NCBI GenBank assembly: GCA_028534125.1
Contig: CM052816.1
Span: 31,250,001 to 31,314,000, forward strand
DNA from: Lama glama
Lineage: Eukaryota
Direction of reading: 5' to 3'
Length of the DNA stretch: 64,000 bases
The notes below the pieces were generated by a model. That model saw only the letters and a list, made by a program, of their open reading frames with translations. It had not been told where the DNA came from and did not search any database. The position numbers and the translations under genes are program-made. Positions 27,197-42,200 of the stretch are shown here, piece by piece (within the stretch, counting starts at the first letter, position 1; the number at the start of each line of letters is the position of its first letter).

Positions 27197-28371
27197 CTGA
27201 GAAAGAACAATTCATATATGTTAGGATCAAATTTCTAGGTTTAACAGTATTTTAAGAATTTTAAAAATAAAAGATAGTAATATCTGTCTGGGAAATGCAT
27301 CTAAGAGAGAGGTCCTTGGAGAACAAATCTATCATATCTTAACAGAAACAAAACCCAACATTTTAAAAGCAAAAACAGAACAAAAATCAGCACTTTATAG
27401 GTTACCACTACAATAAAACTTATTTCTCAGCTTCAAAAACCCACAAGAAAAATATCAGACACATGAACTGTAGACGCTAGTAAAACGGGCATTCGATATT
27501 AACTAGTCAAAGCTCATTGTTTTACAAACAAGTAAAGTGAAACAGAAAGATAAAGTTATAAACAATTCATGTAGCTAATCTATATTTTAATGGAAGAAAA
27601 GTAACCAAAGTTTGGAGCTTCCAATTAAGCAAATTTAACTTAAGGCAAATTGAGGTAAGAGTCTATCCATCTTACTCAACTCTACATAAGCACAGCCTAA
27701 AACCAAGAATACACTCAATAAATATTTATTAAATTCACCAAGCAATTCATATCCCAGCAAAAAAAAAAAGTCAGCTTCTCAAACACTGCAAGAGAAAACT
27801 GGGCAAAACTGTGAAGAAGAATTTCACAGGAAAGAAAATATGATGGCCCATAAAGAAAGGAACAGATGCTAAATCTCATTAGTAATGAAGTGAAATACAC
27901 ATTAAAGTAACAATGAGATAACACCATGTGCACCATATTAGCAAAAGTGCAAAATTATGACAGTATCAAATGTTGACAAAGATGTGGAGTCAAAGAAACT
28001 CTCGTTCCATCAGTGGGAAGGGTAAGTGGTATAACCACTTGGGCAAATAGTTTTATAATCCAGCATTTCCACTCCTACCTACTGTGCCATACCATATGAA
28101 ATCATTGTTTTTGAAGCTCAAAAACAAGAGAATATTGGCAACTATGTATACATAATAAACTCTTAAGCTGTATACCAAGAGACACAGAGAAAAATGTTCA
28201 TAAAGTCACTGCAACAATCAAAAAAGCTGAAAATAACCCAAATGTCCACCTATCACAGATAAGTTATGATATACTCATAAAACGGAATCTTGTAAGGAGT
28301 AAAAACTAAAGAAGTGAATTACACCATCAATATTAAAGATTCTTAAAAATTTAATGTGGAAAAAAAGGAGT

Positions 28372-28744
28372 TACCTTAGCTCAAGTTGCCATTAAAAAAA
28401 AAAACAATACAGACAGATGGCTTAACTAACAGAAATTTATTTTCTCACAATTCTGGAGGCTAGAGGTTTAAGACAGAGGTGCCAGCATAGTTGGTTTCTG
28501 GTGATTGCTCTCTTCTTGGCTTGAAGACAACCACCTTTTCATTGTGTCCTTGTGGGGAGAGACAGCAAGAACAGGCTCTCTGGTATCTCTTCTTGTATGT
28601 GCATGAATCACATCATGAGGGCCTCACTCTCATAATCTCATCTAAATCTAATTACCTCTCAAAGTCCCAATCCCAAATACCATCATATTGAAGGTTAGGG
28701 CTTCAACATACAGATTTTGGGGATACACAATTCAGTCGATAGCA
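28372..28744 (-). mobile_element. MLT1 (MaLR) LTR
   Basis: aacagaaatttattttctcacaattctggaggctag and ggcttcaacata...acacaattcagtc are typical MLT1 motifs. Confidence 0.8.
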
Positions 28745-28781
28745 GGGTAGAAAAGCAAGTACCAGAATGATATGTAATCAT

Positions 28782-29407
28782 CTCACTTCTGGGCATATAC
28801 ATGGAGGGAACTCTAATTCAAAAAGATACATGCACCCCAACATTCACAACAGCACTATTTACATAGCCAAGACATGAAAACAACCTAAATATCCAATGAC
28901 AGATGACTGGATAAAGAAACTGTGAGATATATACAATGGAATACTACTCAGCCATAAAAAATAAAATAATGGCATTTGTAGCAACATGGATGGACTTGGA
29001 GATTGTCATTCTAAGTGAAATATGTCAGAAAGAGAAAGAAAAATACCGTATGATATCACTTATATGTGGAATCTTAAAAAAAACACAAATGAACTCATTC
29101 ACAAATCAGAAAGACTTACAGACAACAGAAAACAAATTTGTGGTTACTGGGGGAAAGGGAATGGGAAGGGATAAACTGGGAGTTCATGATTTGCAGATAC
29201 TAACTACTATATATAAAACAGATAAAGAATAAGTTTATAGCAAATAGCACAGCCAACTATATTCAATACCTTGTAGTAAACTATAATGAAAAATGATATG
29301 AAAAGGAATGTAGGTATGTATATATATATGACTGAAACACTATGCTGTACACCAGAAATTGATACATTGTAAATTGACTATACTTCAATAGAGAAAAAAA
29401 AAAAAGA
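28782..29407 (+). mobile_element. 5'-truncated lineage-specific L1 with poly(A) and TSD
   Basis: ORF 28936-29232 MEYYSAIK...WMDLEIVILSE is the L1 ORF2 end; TSD atatgtaatcat (28770-28781) / atacgtaatcat (29408-29419). Confidence 0.9.
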
Positions 29408-31255
29408 ATACGTAATCATTCCATTAGTATAAAATGCAAAACTAAATATTACATAATGATAGATATACAGGTGATAAAAATAAAACTACAAAAAATGATG
29501 GAAACAACAAATTTCAAAGGATTAGTTTCAAAGAAACAAAATTGTCATTCACAGATGAAAAATTTTCCACACAGAAAAATCTAACATAATTTGCACAAGT
29601 GTTATAATTATCAGAAGATTTAAATAAGAACACAAAGGCATTATACAAAATTCTATTCCAATTCTAAGCTTCTGCAAGTATGAGCTGTAAAATGCTATTT
29701 TAAAAAGATACATCAAAAACCATGCAGTGCCCAGGAATAAATTAAACAAACAAACAAAAGCAAGAGAAAATATAAAACTTTATTGAAAAAATTAAGAAGA
29801 TGTAGGTAAATAGAAAAATGTACAGTGTTTACAGACTGAATCATTCAATATTTTAAAGATGTTCAATCTCCCCAGAATGCTCCAAAGACTCAAGGTAATG
29901 CTAATCAAAATCCCAACGGGCTACAAGGGGAAAAACTTGAAAACCTGATTACAACTCCAAAACATAAATATTGCATCAGAGAACTAGAATAAGAAGACGC
30001 TGGGAAATGCAAGTAGAAAATAAGAGCATCTGCTGACCAGATAAGAATTATTACAAAGCCACGGTAATTAAGATAACATATTGGTGCAGAAATAGGGAAA
30101 CTGACTGATGGAACCAGAAACACACTCATACATAGTAAGTACAGTAATTTAATTTAAAACAGAATATTTATGGCAGATTAGCAAGGATGGAAAATCATTT
30201 ACACAAATGGTGCCAGGATAAAAATTTTTGGTTCTCTTCTAATACAGTGAACTTCTAGCTCTCACATTATTCTCAAAAATCAATCCCAGTTTGATTAAAA
30301 ATGAATGTTAATGGTGAAGTTACAAAAATTTAAAAATATAATACAGGTTAATATCCTTCTGACATTATAATATTGACTTTTAAACAAGACATAAAATAAG
30401 GGTAACCATAAGAAAAAGGTTGGCAAATTTGATCACTTTAAGAGTAAGCACTTCTAATGCTCATACGATACCAGAAAAATTAAGAGAGCTACAAACATGA
30501 AGAATATATCTGCAATACATAAAAACTGACAAAAGGATCATATCCAGTGTACATAAAGAACATTTACATGCCAGTAAGGAAAAGATACACATCCCAATAG
30601 AAAATGCCTTGGCAAAATAGAAGATCTGAAATACATCAAACTAAAAAGTGTCTGTATAGCAAAGAAAACCATCAATAAAATAAACAGGCAACCTACTGAA
30701 TGGAAAAAATTTCTGCAAATTGTATATCTAATAAGGGATGTTAATATCCAAAATAAAGAACTCAGACAACTCAATAGCAAAAAAACTCTCCAACAACCCA
30801 ACTAAAAAACTGGCAAAACACACAAAAGCCAAAAGGTACACAAAGAGTTGCTAAACATCACTAATCAACAAGGAAATGCAAATTAAAACAACAATGAAGT
30901 ATCACTCCACACCTGTTAAAATGGCTATTATCAAAAATGCTGAAAATAACTAGCATTGGTGAGGAGGTGGTCAAAAGGGAACACTTGTGCACTGTTGGTG
31001 GAAATGTAAATTGGTGCAACAGCTATGAAAAGCAGTATAGAGATTCCTCAGAAAAATAAAAATAGAACTATCACATGATCCAGCAATTCCACTTCAAGGT
31101 TTTTATCTGAAAAAAAAAAATGAAAACACTAACTTGAAAAGACATAAGTACTCCCACGTTCATTAGGGCATTATTTACAATAGCCAATACATGGAAGTAA
31201 CCTAAGTGTACCTCAGTGGATGAGTGGATAAGGAAAAAAAAGTGAGGTATATATA

Positions 31256-32518
31256 AAGGCATATCCTGGAGATATTAGAGGTTTGGTTCCAGATCACAAT
31301 AAAGAAAATATTCTCACAATAAAGAAAACATCATAATAAAGGGAATCATGTGCATGTTTGGTTTTCCAGTGCATATGTAAGTTATGTTTACACTGTACTA
31401 TAGTCTACTAAGTGTGCAACAGTATTATGTCTTAAAAATGTACATACCTTAATAAAAAATACTTTATTGCTAAAACATGCTCACCATCATCTAAGCTTTC
31501 AGCGAATCATAATCTTTTTGCTGTTGTTCAATGTTGATGGCTACTAACTGATCAGGGCCGTGGTTGCTGACAATTGAGGTGGCTGTGGCAATTTCTTAGG
31601 CTAAGACAACAATGAAGTTCACCATATCGTTGGACTCTTTCCTTCAAAAGTGATTTCTCTGTGGCATGCAATGCTGTCTGACAGCATTTTACCCACAACT
31701 GGAGCATTTTATCCAAAACTGGAGTCAATCCTCTCAAATTCTGCTTTTATCAACTAAGTTTGTGTACTATTTTAAATCCTTTCTTGTCATAACAGCAATC
31801 TTCACAACATCTTTCACCAGGAGTAGATTCTAGCTCAAGAAACCACTTCTTTGTTCATCTTTAAGAAGCAACTTCTCATCTGTTGAAGTTTTATCATGAG
31901 ATTGCAGCAATTCAGTCACATATTCAAGCTCCACTTCTAATTCTAGATCTCCTGGCTACTGTTAGGTGCCAAGAGGCCAACAATTAAGCCTATTTCAGCT
32001 TTCAACATGCTTTCCTTACTAAGCTCAATCATTTTGAGCTTTTGATTTAAAGTGAGAGATATGCAACTCTTCCCTTCACTTGTGGAACTTAGAGGCCACT
32101 GCAGGGTTATTAACTGGTCAAATTTCAATACTGTTGTGTCTCAGGGAACAGGGAGGCCTGAGGAGCAGGACAGAGATAGGGGATTGGCTGGTCAGTGGAG
32201 CAATCGGAACACACACAACATTTGGTTTGCTGTCTTATGTGGGTATGGTTCGTGGCACTCCAGAACAATTACAACAGTAACATCAATGATCACTATCACA
32301 GATGACCATAACAAATATAATAACAATAAAGCACTTTGCAATATTGTGAGAATTACCAAAATGTGATAGAGAAACACAAGTGAACAAATGCTATGGGGAA
32401 AAAAACGGCACTGACAGACGCTCCCTCGAGGCAGGGTTGCCACAAACGTTCAATTTGTAAAAAATGCAGTATCTTTAAAGTACAATAAAGCAAAGTACAA
32501 TAAAACGAGGTATGCCTG
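31256..32518 (-). mobile_element. Internally deleted Tigger1 DNA transposon
   Basis: TIRs (aggcatatcc... / ...gaggtatgcctg) with flanking TA; minus ORF 31943-32128 SLTLNQKLKMIELSKESMLKAEIG matches the Tigger1 transposase N-terminus. Confidence 0.9.
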
Positions 32519-32909
32519 TAAATTAGCATTGTTTTAAGTCACTGAGTTTGTGGTCGTTTGTCAGGGCAGTTTATAAGTATGAATACCAAGTCATACTGAA
32601 AACAGAGGAATTAAGAAAATGTGAACAAGCCGATGTGGAAATCTCCAGTCCTTTTTTTCAATGAGTCCCCAGAATTCCTACAGCCAGGTCTTCTTCACCC
32701 TCTAGGCTGGAGCCTGGAACAAACTTCTCCTGGAATTCTACCTAGATCTAAAGGTAATGACATTGGAGGTTCCCACTATGGCAGAAACTGTTATTCGTTC
32801 ATTAAAACCGACTACCCCAGCACACAATTCAACAATATTTTCCATCTTTTCTTGAATTTAGGGGGAGCCATACAACTCAGCTCTGGCCAATGTAACATGG
32901 TGGGCAGCT

Positions 32910-33085
32910 GCAGTGGAATACCCGAGCTGGCACAACTGTGCGTATGTCTTCCCAACTCTGCATTCAGTGACTTCATGTTGGTAGCCTGAAACTAGTCATA
33001 ACGGGAATACTTACATCATGTAGCAAGAGCTACAGATTAGAGCTCCTTCCCACCGGTGAGCCAGTTATTAAAAATATACCGTCCA
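32910..33085. mobile_element. MER63-like hAT element within an old LTR
   Basis: cttcccaactctgcattcagtgacttcatgttggtagcctgaaa resembles MER63. Confidence 0.6.
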
Positions 33086-36000
33086 AGCTTCACTCATAAA
33101 ACTTCCTGCACAATCTTCCATGTTAATTAGTTGCAGAAATTCCTTTGATCCCATCTCAAGAATGACAAAAAATTCTTACACAGAAGGTTCCAGTTGATCA
33201 GGAACACCAATACTAGACTTGATGTGAGTAATAAATAAACTTTTATTGTGTCAAGGTACTAATACTGGGGGGCTGTTGTTACAATTGCAATTCTTACACT
33301 AAACTGCCTAGCCTGATAGTCTCAAATAAAGCTTATAAAGACAATCTCTACTCATGGATTCAGAGCTTCCAATTAACTTTTAGTGTCCTACTTTTATATA
33401 GAACTCAACCAAAGATTAGTGGATGTCTGAAGACAGCTCTAACATAAAAACTAAGGACAAAAATGGGGGAAAAGAAACTTAGAGGAAACAAACCAAGCAG
33501 GTAGAAGAAAAATTTTAAGTATTTATCATTAATATCATAAAAGAGAGGTTAAAAAAAAGATAATGCAACTATGAAACAAGAACAGCATATAAAAAAATAA
33601 CACTCAGAAATTTTTTAAAATGAGCTTATGTAAATTAAAAATAAAGGAGAAATCTTAAGATTCAGGGGAAAGACTGGAAAATAAAGTTGAGAAAATCATT
33701 CAAAAAATAGACCTAAAGGGCAAAAAGATGGAAAATAGAAGAGAAAGGATAAAAAAGTAGAACAATCCAGATGCTGAATAAAAAGAGATTCAAAAAGAAA
33801 AAACTGAGAAAGTTTTTCAAGGAGAGAGGACAAGAATTTCAAGAATTAAAGGGATCATCAAGTATCCAGCACAACTAATGTAAAGGGTCTGTGAAACTTC
33901 AGAAGCTGCAGACAAACAAGAGTTTACATACTTTCTGGACAATAAAAACAGATCATACACAGAGAATAAGTAATCAGAATTGCTTCTGGCTTTTTTTTTT
34001 TAGGGTTGAATATTTAATGAATTGGTAAGTAAAAATATATAAATTTGCACATGAGAGCAGTTAGGCTTTTTAAAAAATGCCAATTCCATAAAGCATTATC
34101 TCCTATTTAAAATACTGAGATATATATATTCAAATTTGAAGAGTTTAAGTTTTATGCAATGTGTTACCAATAAGCATGAAATAAAAAGACAGATTGGTAA
34201 ATAAGACCATATTCCACCCCATCCCACTGGCTTAAGCACCCCCCATCCACACCTTCTCAGCCACCTTTTTAACTCTTTGATCGTAGGAACAATTAGCCCA
34301 ATTGCAAATTCTGTTTCATATTTCTGTAAGGTCAACTTTAGAGTTATCCATGAAAATAATTACTCCATGTTCATTGACTTGTGTGGAAGACTTTTCCAGG
34401 TCCCCCATGCCCTTCACCCCCATATCATACAGTTAAAGGAGGTGATATAATTTATGGGGCTAGAAAAGAAAAATGTAAACAGTTGCTTGTTAAGTTAAAA
34501 TTTGTGTTTCCACATTTATTTTTGTCCTTAATATTTCAGAATAATACTGAACTTCATTCTCTGGGATACATGAACATCCTGCATAAAAGTACGTACATTT
34601 TCTGTATGAGTAGACTGGAAGTGGGCCTTTATCAGGATTAAGGTTAATCAGGCCTAGAGGGCTTAACCCTAAAGGAACATGCTTCAGGCTTTTTGATAAC
34701 AATACTGGAAACTAAAAGGTAATATACCAATGCCATCAAAATTCTGAGGAAAAGTTATTTCCAACCTTAGAATTCTATAGGCAGTCAAGGTGAAGTTCTA
34801 AGACTCTTTTCAGAGACACAAGGTCTGAAAAAATCTACCTCGCATGTCTTTTCTCAAGAAGTTATGGAGGATATGCTCCACCATGGTAAGATAACAAACC
34901 AAGAAATCAAAGGGGATCACAAATTGGAGGAACAAGCAAAAGGAATACATAAGATAACAAAGATCCTAGTATGACTGCCATAAAACAGGTCCAGATTGGC
35001 CTTAGTCAAAGGATTATGGGAGGGATCTCTTCAAGAACATGAAATTGAGAGATGTACATAACTGAGACAATTGGCAAAGATATGAATTAGTGATAAGCAA
35101 ATAGAAAACCAGACCAAAGGAAAAGGTGATTGTATCTCCGAGGAAAATGCAATGTCAGGAAGGGAAAAACTAAGCACAGTTTACAAGGTGGCTTGGCTGA
35201 GGACAGCGTTTACACAGGAAATTAATGTAAAAACCAAATACTGATCTAACCAAAATTATGAAATAACTATGAGAAGACTGGAAGGACACAGATGTTGGGC
35301 GAGATGGGTAGAAAAAGAGCTAAATAATATTTTTCAATAGCAGAAGTCAACAGATCATGCCTACAAGTGAAAAATCAGGCAGCAAAGTAAGCATGTTATT
35401 TAGAGACATGTACATAGACACTGAGTAATCAGCTAAAAGTACTTACTGGAAAGAGGGAAATGACAGCATGGTATTTTTCAAAATAAACTTTATAGAACTA
35501 TTACATTATTTAACCTATGTTTACATATAATTTGGATAAGCAAACTAAAATAAAGAAGGCAGGGAGGAGAATATAGAATCTACAACCAGATTACATGGAT
35601 TTATTCCTGAATATGGTCTTTATTAACTGTATGACTTTGAGCAAGTTACTTAACTTCTCTGTGCCTGAGTTTTTCACGTTTGTAACAAGAAAAAATAGCA
35701 GTACTACTTCATAGAGTCATTGTGAGGACTGAATTAATGTACATAAAGCTCTTAAAATAATAGCTAGCCCATAATAAGCATGGATTAACATTGATTTATT
35801 TTAAAATATCTATCTCTGGGCCTTGTCATCATCTGTTAAATAAGCTCGAAAATACTAACGATAGTATAAAGGTCCTACAGGAGTTTTCTCTTAAGGAAAG
35901 TTATCTTCTTGCATTATATTATTGTTTATAAACAAATAGCAAGTTAAATATGCTAAACCTTAATTATGTTTCACTATTTAAACAGTGAAAAGGATTTCTC

Positions 36001-37669
36001 ATATGAACATCAAGATTACCACTTGGAATCGTCTTTCTTAAAATGCTAAGCAATACTCGACTAAGAAAATCAATACTGGAAAGAATGTCTTGAAATTTTA
36101 ATAAAACAATCAAAGTCTAAGTTAAGATTAAACAAATCAGGTCTCTGCTGACATAAAACAATTTCCCTTTCTTTAAAGATCAATTTAATTTAACAGCTTT
36201 CATAAAGCCTGGAGCTTGCTTCAGGCTGATCAGATTTCTTGCTTTAGGTTCATAGCAGAAGTCAAAAGAGATTCATTTCTGTTGGTCATCACAACTCCCA
36301 GATTACATCAGTCTAAAGACAACTAGAGTTACATAAAGGCAACAACTTAAATTATTTTAAATATTTTTAATGCATTAACAAAAAATTAAAAGTTTTAAAA
36401 TTCAGCATCCCACTGATAAAACTTTATCTTTTCCTATGTTCCTTTCTTGGTCCTATGTATAGATCATAAAAGGGAACTCCAAACCCCAAACTTGCCTTTA
36501 ATCAAAGAGTAAATAGGTCATTTCCCTCATCCCTCCCTCCCACACATACTCAAAGAACGTTCTTCTTAAAATGCATTCAATCATTCTACTGAAAATTAGA
36601 ATATCGAGGATTAACAAGATGAAAGAGTAACAGGCTTTTTTGCCAAAGAGCTTAAAACAAGAAATAAAATGAATATAACTATTTAACATTTTAATTTAGT
36701 GTTCTGTATCTTGCCTTTTTTATATTTCAAAAAAGAAACAGATGTCTTTTTAAAAAGAAGACAACCCCTGATATAAGAACAGAACAAATAACATAAGAAG
36801 TCAAGGGGAACACATGATTTTCAGCAGCAAGATTATCACCTTCAAAGAAAAGAGAAAGATATCTAGGAAAGGCTTTAAAGAATAGGTATAATTCAGAACT
36901 GCAGAAAAGAGGAAATGTTAAGTTGTATGATATTGGGGGTAGAAGGAAAAGTTTGGGCCAAAGCATGGAATCAAGAAAGCAAAGAACATATATGAGGAAT
37001 AATAATTAGTTCATTTTTCATAAAAATGCAAAAGGAAGAGAAGATTTTGTCTTCTTCCTAAACGGAAGAGAAGTCTGAAGACTAAGCCTCAGAGTACTCC
37101 AACACTTAGGAATCATAAAAAAGAGAAGGCATCAGCAAAGAAAATTCAGTTAGCATATTTTTTTGCCAGACTGCTCCCAAGGAGGAAGTCTGGCTGGAGA
37201 CTTGGTATACGTGAGAAGGCTTCACTTTAGCCCAAGTGTGTAAAGAACAAGCAGTCAAGATGAGTCTATCCTTAAATCCCAAAAAACAAGGAGGGAAGAG
37301 GGCACCTACAACAGAAATTAACACTTGCCCAGATACTTCATTAAATTTCTTTAGAGAAGAACTCTCTGGTTTTTTCCGTCACAATGCATAAAAATGCATT
37401 AAACCTGCTTAAGCACAAGAAGGATAGCACTCAGTAAAAGAAAGCTATTATTATGACTCTAAAACTAACATCTACTATACTAAGATGTTTCCCACTTTCA
37501 GTGGCAAAAACTCTATTACTTACTGTAAGTAACAAATAGCTGAGAAGGTGATAGACTGGGTTTGAAATGTTTAATGAGAGAGCCTGAACCACGGTGGAAG
37601 CTGAAAGGTCTGAGAACTCAAAAACAAGGAAAATTGGGGAGAAAAGTTGGAGTAAGGTACCTAGACAGT

Positions 37670-39230
37670 TCAATGAGAAAAGAATAGCCTTTTCCACAAA
37701 TGGTGTTGGGAAAACTGGATAGCCACATACAAAAAAAGTAACATTTGATCCTTACCACACACTATATATAAAACTAACTCAAAATGGATCATAAACCTAA
37801 GTGTAAGAAAACTACAAAACTCTTGAAGGAAATATAGGTACTAATCTATATGACCTTGGATTGGACAAAGCTTTCTTAGATACAGCACCAAAAACACAAG
37901 CAAAGAAAAAAAAAACCAGATAAATTGGACAACATCAAAATTAAAAATCTTTGTGCTGCAAATGGTATCAGCAGGGAAGTGAAAACAACCAGAATTGGAA
38001 AAAATATTTATAAATCATACATCTGATAAGGGGCTTTTATCCAGAGTATATAAAGGATTCTTACAAACTTAATAATAAAAAGACATATAACCTAACTTTA
38101 AAATGGGCAAAGAATTTGAATAGACTTCTCTCCAAAGATATGTAAATGGCCAATAAGCACATGAAAAGATGCTCAAAGTCACTGTCATTAGGAAAATACA
38201 AATCAAAATCACAATGAGATACCATTTGACATCCACCAGGATGGCTAGAATCAAAAAATAATAATAAAATAATGAGTTAATGAGGAAATAATTAACCTTC
38301 ACACATTGCTGACAGAAATGTAAAATGGAACAGACAATCTGGAAAACAGTCTGGCAGCTCTTTCAACAATTAATAAACATAGTTACCATATGACCTAGCA
38401 ATTCTACTCCTAGATATATACCCAAGAGATATGAAAACATACGTCCACACAAAAATTTGTATGTAAATGGTCACAGCAGCATTACTCACAGAAGCCAAAC
38501 AGTAGAAGTAATCCAAACATCCATCAACTGATTAAGGGATAAACAAATGTGGTATATCTATACAATGGAATATTATTTGATCATAAAAAGGAATGCAAGG
38601 AATGGTATCAAATGCATCAAAGGACACTATCCTTTGAAAAAGGATACCATTCCTTGGGTGAAAAAGCAACCCATAGTTTGGGAGAAAATATATATATATA
38701 CCTGGGAAGAGACTGATATTCAGAAAGTATAAATAACTCCTACAATTCAAAAAAAAAAAAGCCAGGTTATGAAATGGGCAAAAGACTTAAATAGATATTT
38801 ACCTCAAGTAGATATACAAATGATCAGTAAGCACATGAAAAGATGCTCAACATCACTAATTAGTCAGGAAATGTATTCAACCTTGAAAAGGAAGGAAATT
38901 TTGACATGCTACAGCATGGGTAAACCTTTGAAGATTTTATGCTAAGTGAAATAAGCCAGTCATAAGAGGACAAACATAGTATGATCTCTCTTTCACAAGA
39001 TTCCTAGAGTAGTCAAATTCATAGAGACATAAAGTAGAATGATGGCTGCCAGTGGTTGGGAGAAGGGGAGAATGGAGAATCAGCATTTACCAGTGTATAA
39101 AGTTTCATTTGGGGAAGATAAAAAATTATTAAAATGGATGGTAGCAAAGGTTATACATCACTGCAAATTTACTTAATGCCACAGAACTATATACTTAAAC
39201 TGGTAAATTAAATGTTACATATGTTTTACC
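37670..39230 (+). mobile_element. L1M ORF2 3' half and 3'UTR (at least two fragments)
   Basis: acaaatggtgttgggaaaactggata; aagcacatgaaaagatgctcaa occurs twice; atgctaagtgaaataagccagtca. Confidence 0.88.
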
Positions 39231-42200
39231 CCCATCAAATTATTTTATAACAATCCCACTAAGATATATCAATGACAGGAAATGGCAGAATTATATGTGG
39301 GGTGGGGCAAACTGGCAATCTTCCCCCACTTAATTAGACAGCGCACAGTAATCAAAACAATTCAATGGATCTGACACACTGATAAAGACCCCTTTTCTCC
39401 TGGGTAACAAAGAGAACAAATGACTGACAGCTAGCGATTCTAGAATTACAAGGCTTCAAACAAGACAGGAAAGATGTAAATGCTTCTCCACACAATAAAA
39501 CAGGTGGTCTAGCGGGATTCACATAAACTTTGCTCATCTATAATTAAGGCTGTGAGATGTCTGAGAAAAATAAATGCTTTTCTTCCTGTGTCGTATCACT
39601 TCACAGGTTCCTTAGGAAATGGAACCAGCTTGATCACTGGTCTCATTTGTATAGAGGCTGCACAGAACTGGAGCACTCACTTTTACCATCATTCACTGGG
39701 TTAGCTCTCCTACCTCTCCACACCAGGTAGAGAAGAAAATAACTGAACAACGGACAGCATCACTGCCTCTACTGCAGAGGCCAGAGGCATTGTTCAACTG
39801 TGCAAACTACAGAAGGATTCAAGGAGAAATACCATTTCTTATGGAAAGCACATTAGGGATTATGTCATTGGATTGAAAGATCTGAAGAGACTGTATGATC
39901 TGGGATACAGGCGTGATCTGTCCCTGTCTTTCTCTCTGACTTTATCTCTTGCCCTCTTACCTGTGATCACTCAGCTTGCCTTCTTGCTATTCCTCAACAC
40001 AAATTTTGGTCCCATTTGAGGGATCCTGTAACTCTTTCTCCCTGAAACATTCTTTCCTCAGCTGTTCTCAAACACTCCCTCACCTCACTCAGTTCTCTTC
40101 GCAAATGTCAGGTCTTTAAAGACGCTTTTCTTGATGATCTTTAATATAGCCTCTCCCCCCACCCCATTCTTTATGCTCTTACACCATTTCATTTTTCTTT
40201 ACAGACTAATCACAGTTTTACATAATTTGTTTATTGTCTATTTCCTATCACTAGAATGTAAACTCACAGGGGAGGAAGGACATCTGTCTTACTCATTACA
40301 GTATCACCAGTGCTGAGAAAAGGGGCATACAAACAACAAATAAGTATCTTTTGAGGGAATATGGGCAGGAAAAGAGAGAAAGGAGAGTTTAATGGTCCAA
40401 AAGGCCACTCCTACCCTCAAAGAGCAAAGTCTAAGCATACCTCTCCTTGGAGTCTTAAGAACTTGACACCTGGTAGCTAGAATGTTGACCTTTAACTCCT
40501 CCTACACTGCAATACTCTTCTGAATGTGAGAGGTTTACACAGCAAGAGGCTGGAAGGGGATTGGCTCCTCTAGGAGATCTGTAACTCAGAATCACCTTGG
40601 CATAGCAGCAGCAGTGAAGAAATCCACAACCCAAAAAGTACAAAGACACTTCCGAGCGCTAAATAATGAATTCTTTGACTTTATAATAAAAATCAGCAAT
40701 GATTTCCCTTCGTGATCACAAAAGGGAAGGGCCCTGATACACTCAAGTTACTTATATAAGTTCAGTTTTGGGGGAAGACACACAGAGAAAAAATATATGC
40801 CAATTATTAAAGTGCAGTTAACATACATTATCGTATTTTTAAACATTTAACAAAATAACAGCCAGATATTCACGTATTTGATTATCTTAAAGCCACAAAT
40901 GTTCGATAAATTCACCAACAGGTTCAATGCACTCTTTGTGATATTATGTCTAAAAGGTATATATACTCTTCATCAGGGTATTCTGAAAGAAAAAAAATAT
41001 AGAGAGGAAATATACTAAATATTAATAGTTATCTGTGGATGGTGAGATCAAGGATGGCCTTATTGATCTTAATACTTAAATATTTCCCATGTAATCACAA
41101 TAAAGAAATACATTTAAAAATGAAAATAATAAATAATTTAACAATCACCTTTACTAAAGAAACAATACAGCTACCCTGTACAACACTTTACTGCTTTGAA
41201 AGGCAGAAGAATGACCTAAAACATTGCCCTATTTATCACTTTTTTCCCAAAATACTTTATTTCTACTTTATTCAATTTTCAACAGGTTTATTAATCTTAA
41301 TTTTTTAAAAACAAGTCTTCAAGCATACTACATACAAACATTATGATCATATTAGGGTTTGAATTTTTCAATGATCCTTTGATATAAAGATATCCTGAAC
41401 TAAGATCTTTTGTGGCACATGGTCAGAACCACATATTATCAAGAACCATTCCTGATACTAACAACCTTAGAAGCAATCTAAAATTATAGAGAAGTAAAAA
41501 TACTTATTCAAAAGAAAATAACATGGGCTAATAAAGAGGGAATAGCGGACACCTGTTTGCCTAAACACTCCTCTTTTCCACCTTTCCAAGAGAATATCGA
41601 TTTTCTTCATGTTTCCACCCTCATTCTCAGCTCCAAGGGTGTATCCTGATTAGCACAAGCTGTCACTGGTCTTGGATAGAATTAACTAGACTGAAGGGAA
41701 AGATATAGTCCAGGACTGCAGGAACAGACTACTTTCACTTGTGGATTTTACTGATCACCACTGATTTCAAGGAGAAAATCAGCTTTTGGATGTCAACTTT
41801 GTGAAGAGCAAAGCAGAGAAAGAGAAAGAAATTGGCTCTATGACCAAGATACTGATTTGCTGAATCAAATAATTTTGGAATCTCCTAGTCTGCACCTCCT
41901 AACATATATGCTAACAAAGCTCTTCTTAAGCAAATTGGAGTCAGGTTACATAAGACCCAATTTACATAGGCAAAAGCATCCTAACTCATATGGAAGGAAA
42001 ACAATTCATTTGGAATCATCTTCTTAACAAAACAGCTCAAACACTATGCGCTAATATGTGTTAACACCTTAATACTTAGAACTGATGACAACTACATCTT
42101 GATCATAAAAATAAGTTTATCCCATATGCCACACTGTCTTAATAGTTGCTAAAAAAAAGACATCAGTAAATATAAATGCATCTCAAGGATTTTTTTAAAA

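Larger units (their letters stand above)
27720..31255 (+). mobile_element. Cluster of old L1M fragments with nested younger insertions
   Basis: A-rich L1 ORF2/3' motifs (aatacatcaaactaaaaag, cacacctgttaaaatggctattatc, cagcaattccactt). Confidence 0.75.

Noticed and set aside
28936..29232. 98-aa ORF and similar ORFs at 14155, 30538, 31071 and 38069
   Set aside because: Degenerate L1 ORF2/3'UTR translations, not host genes.
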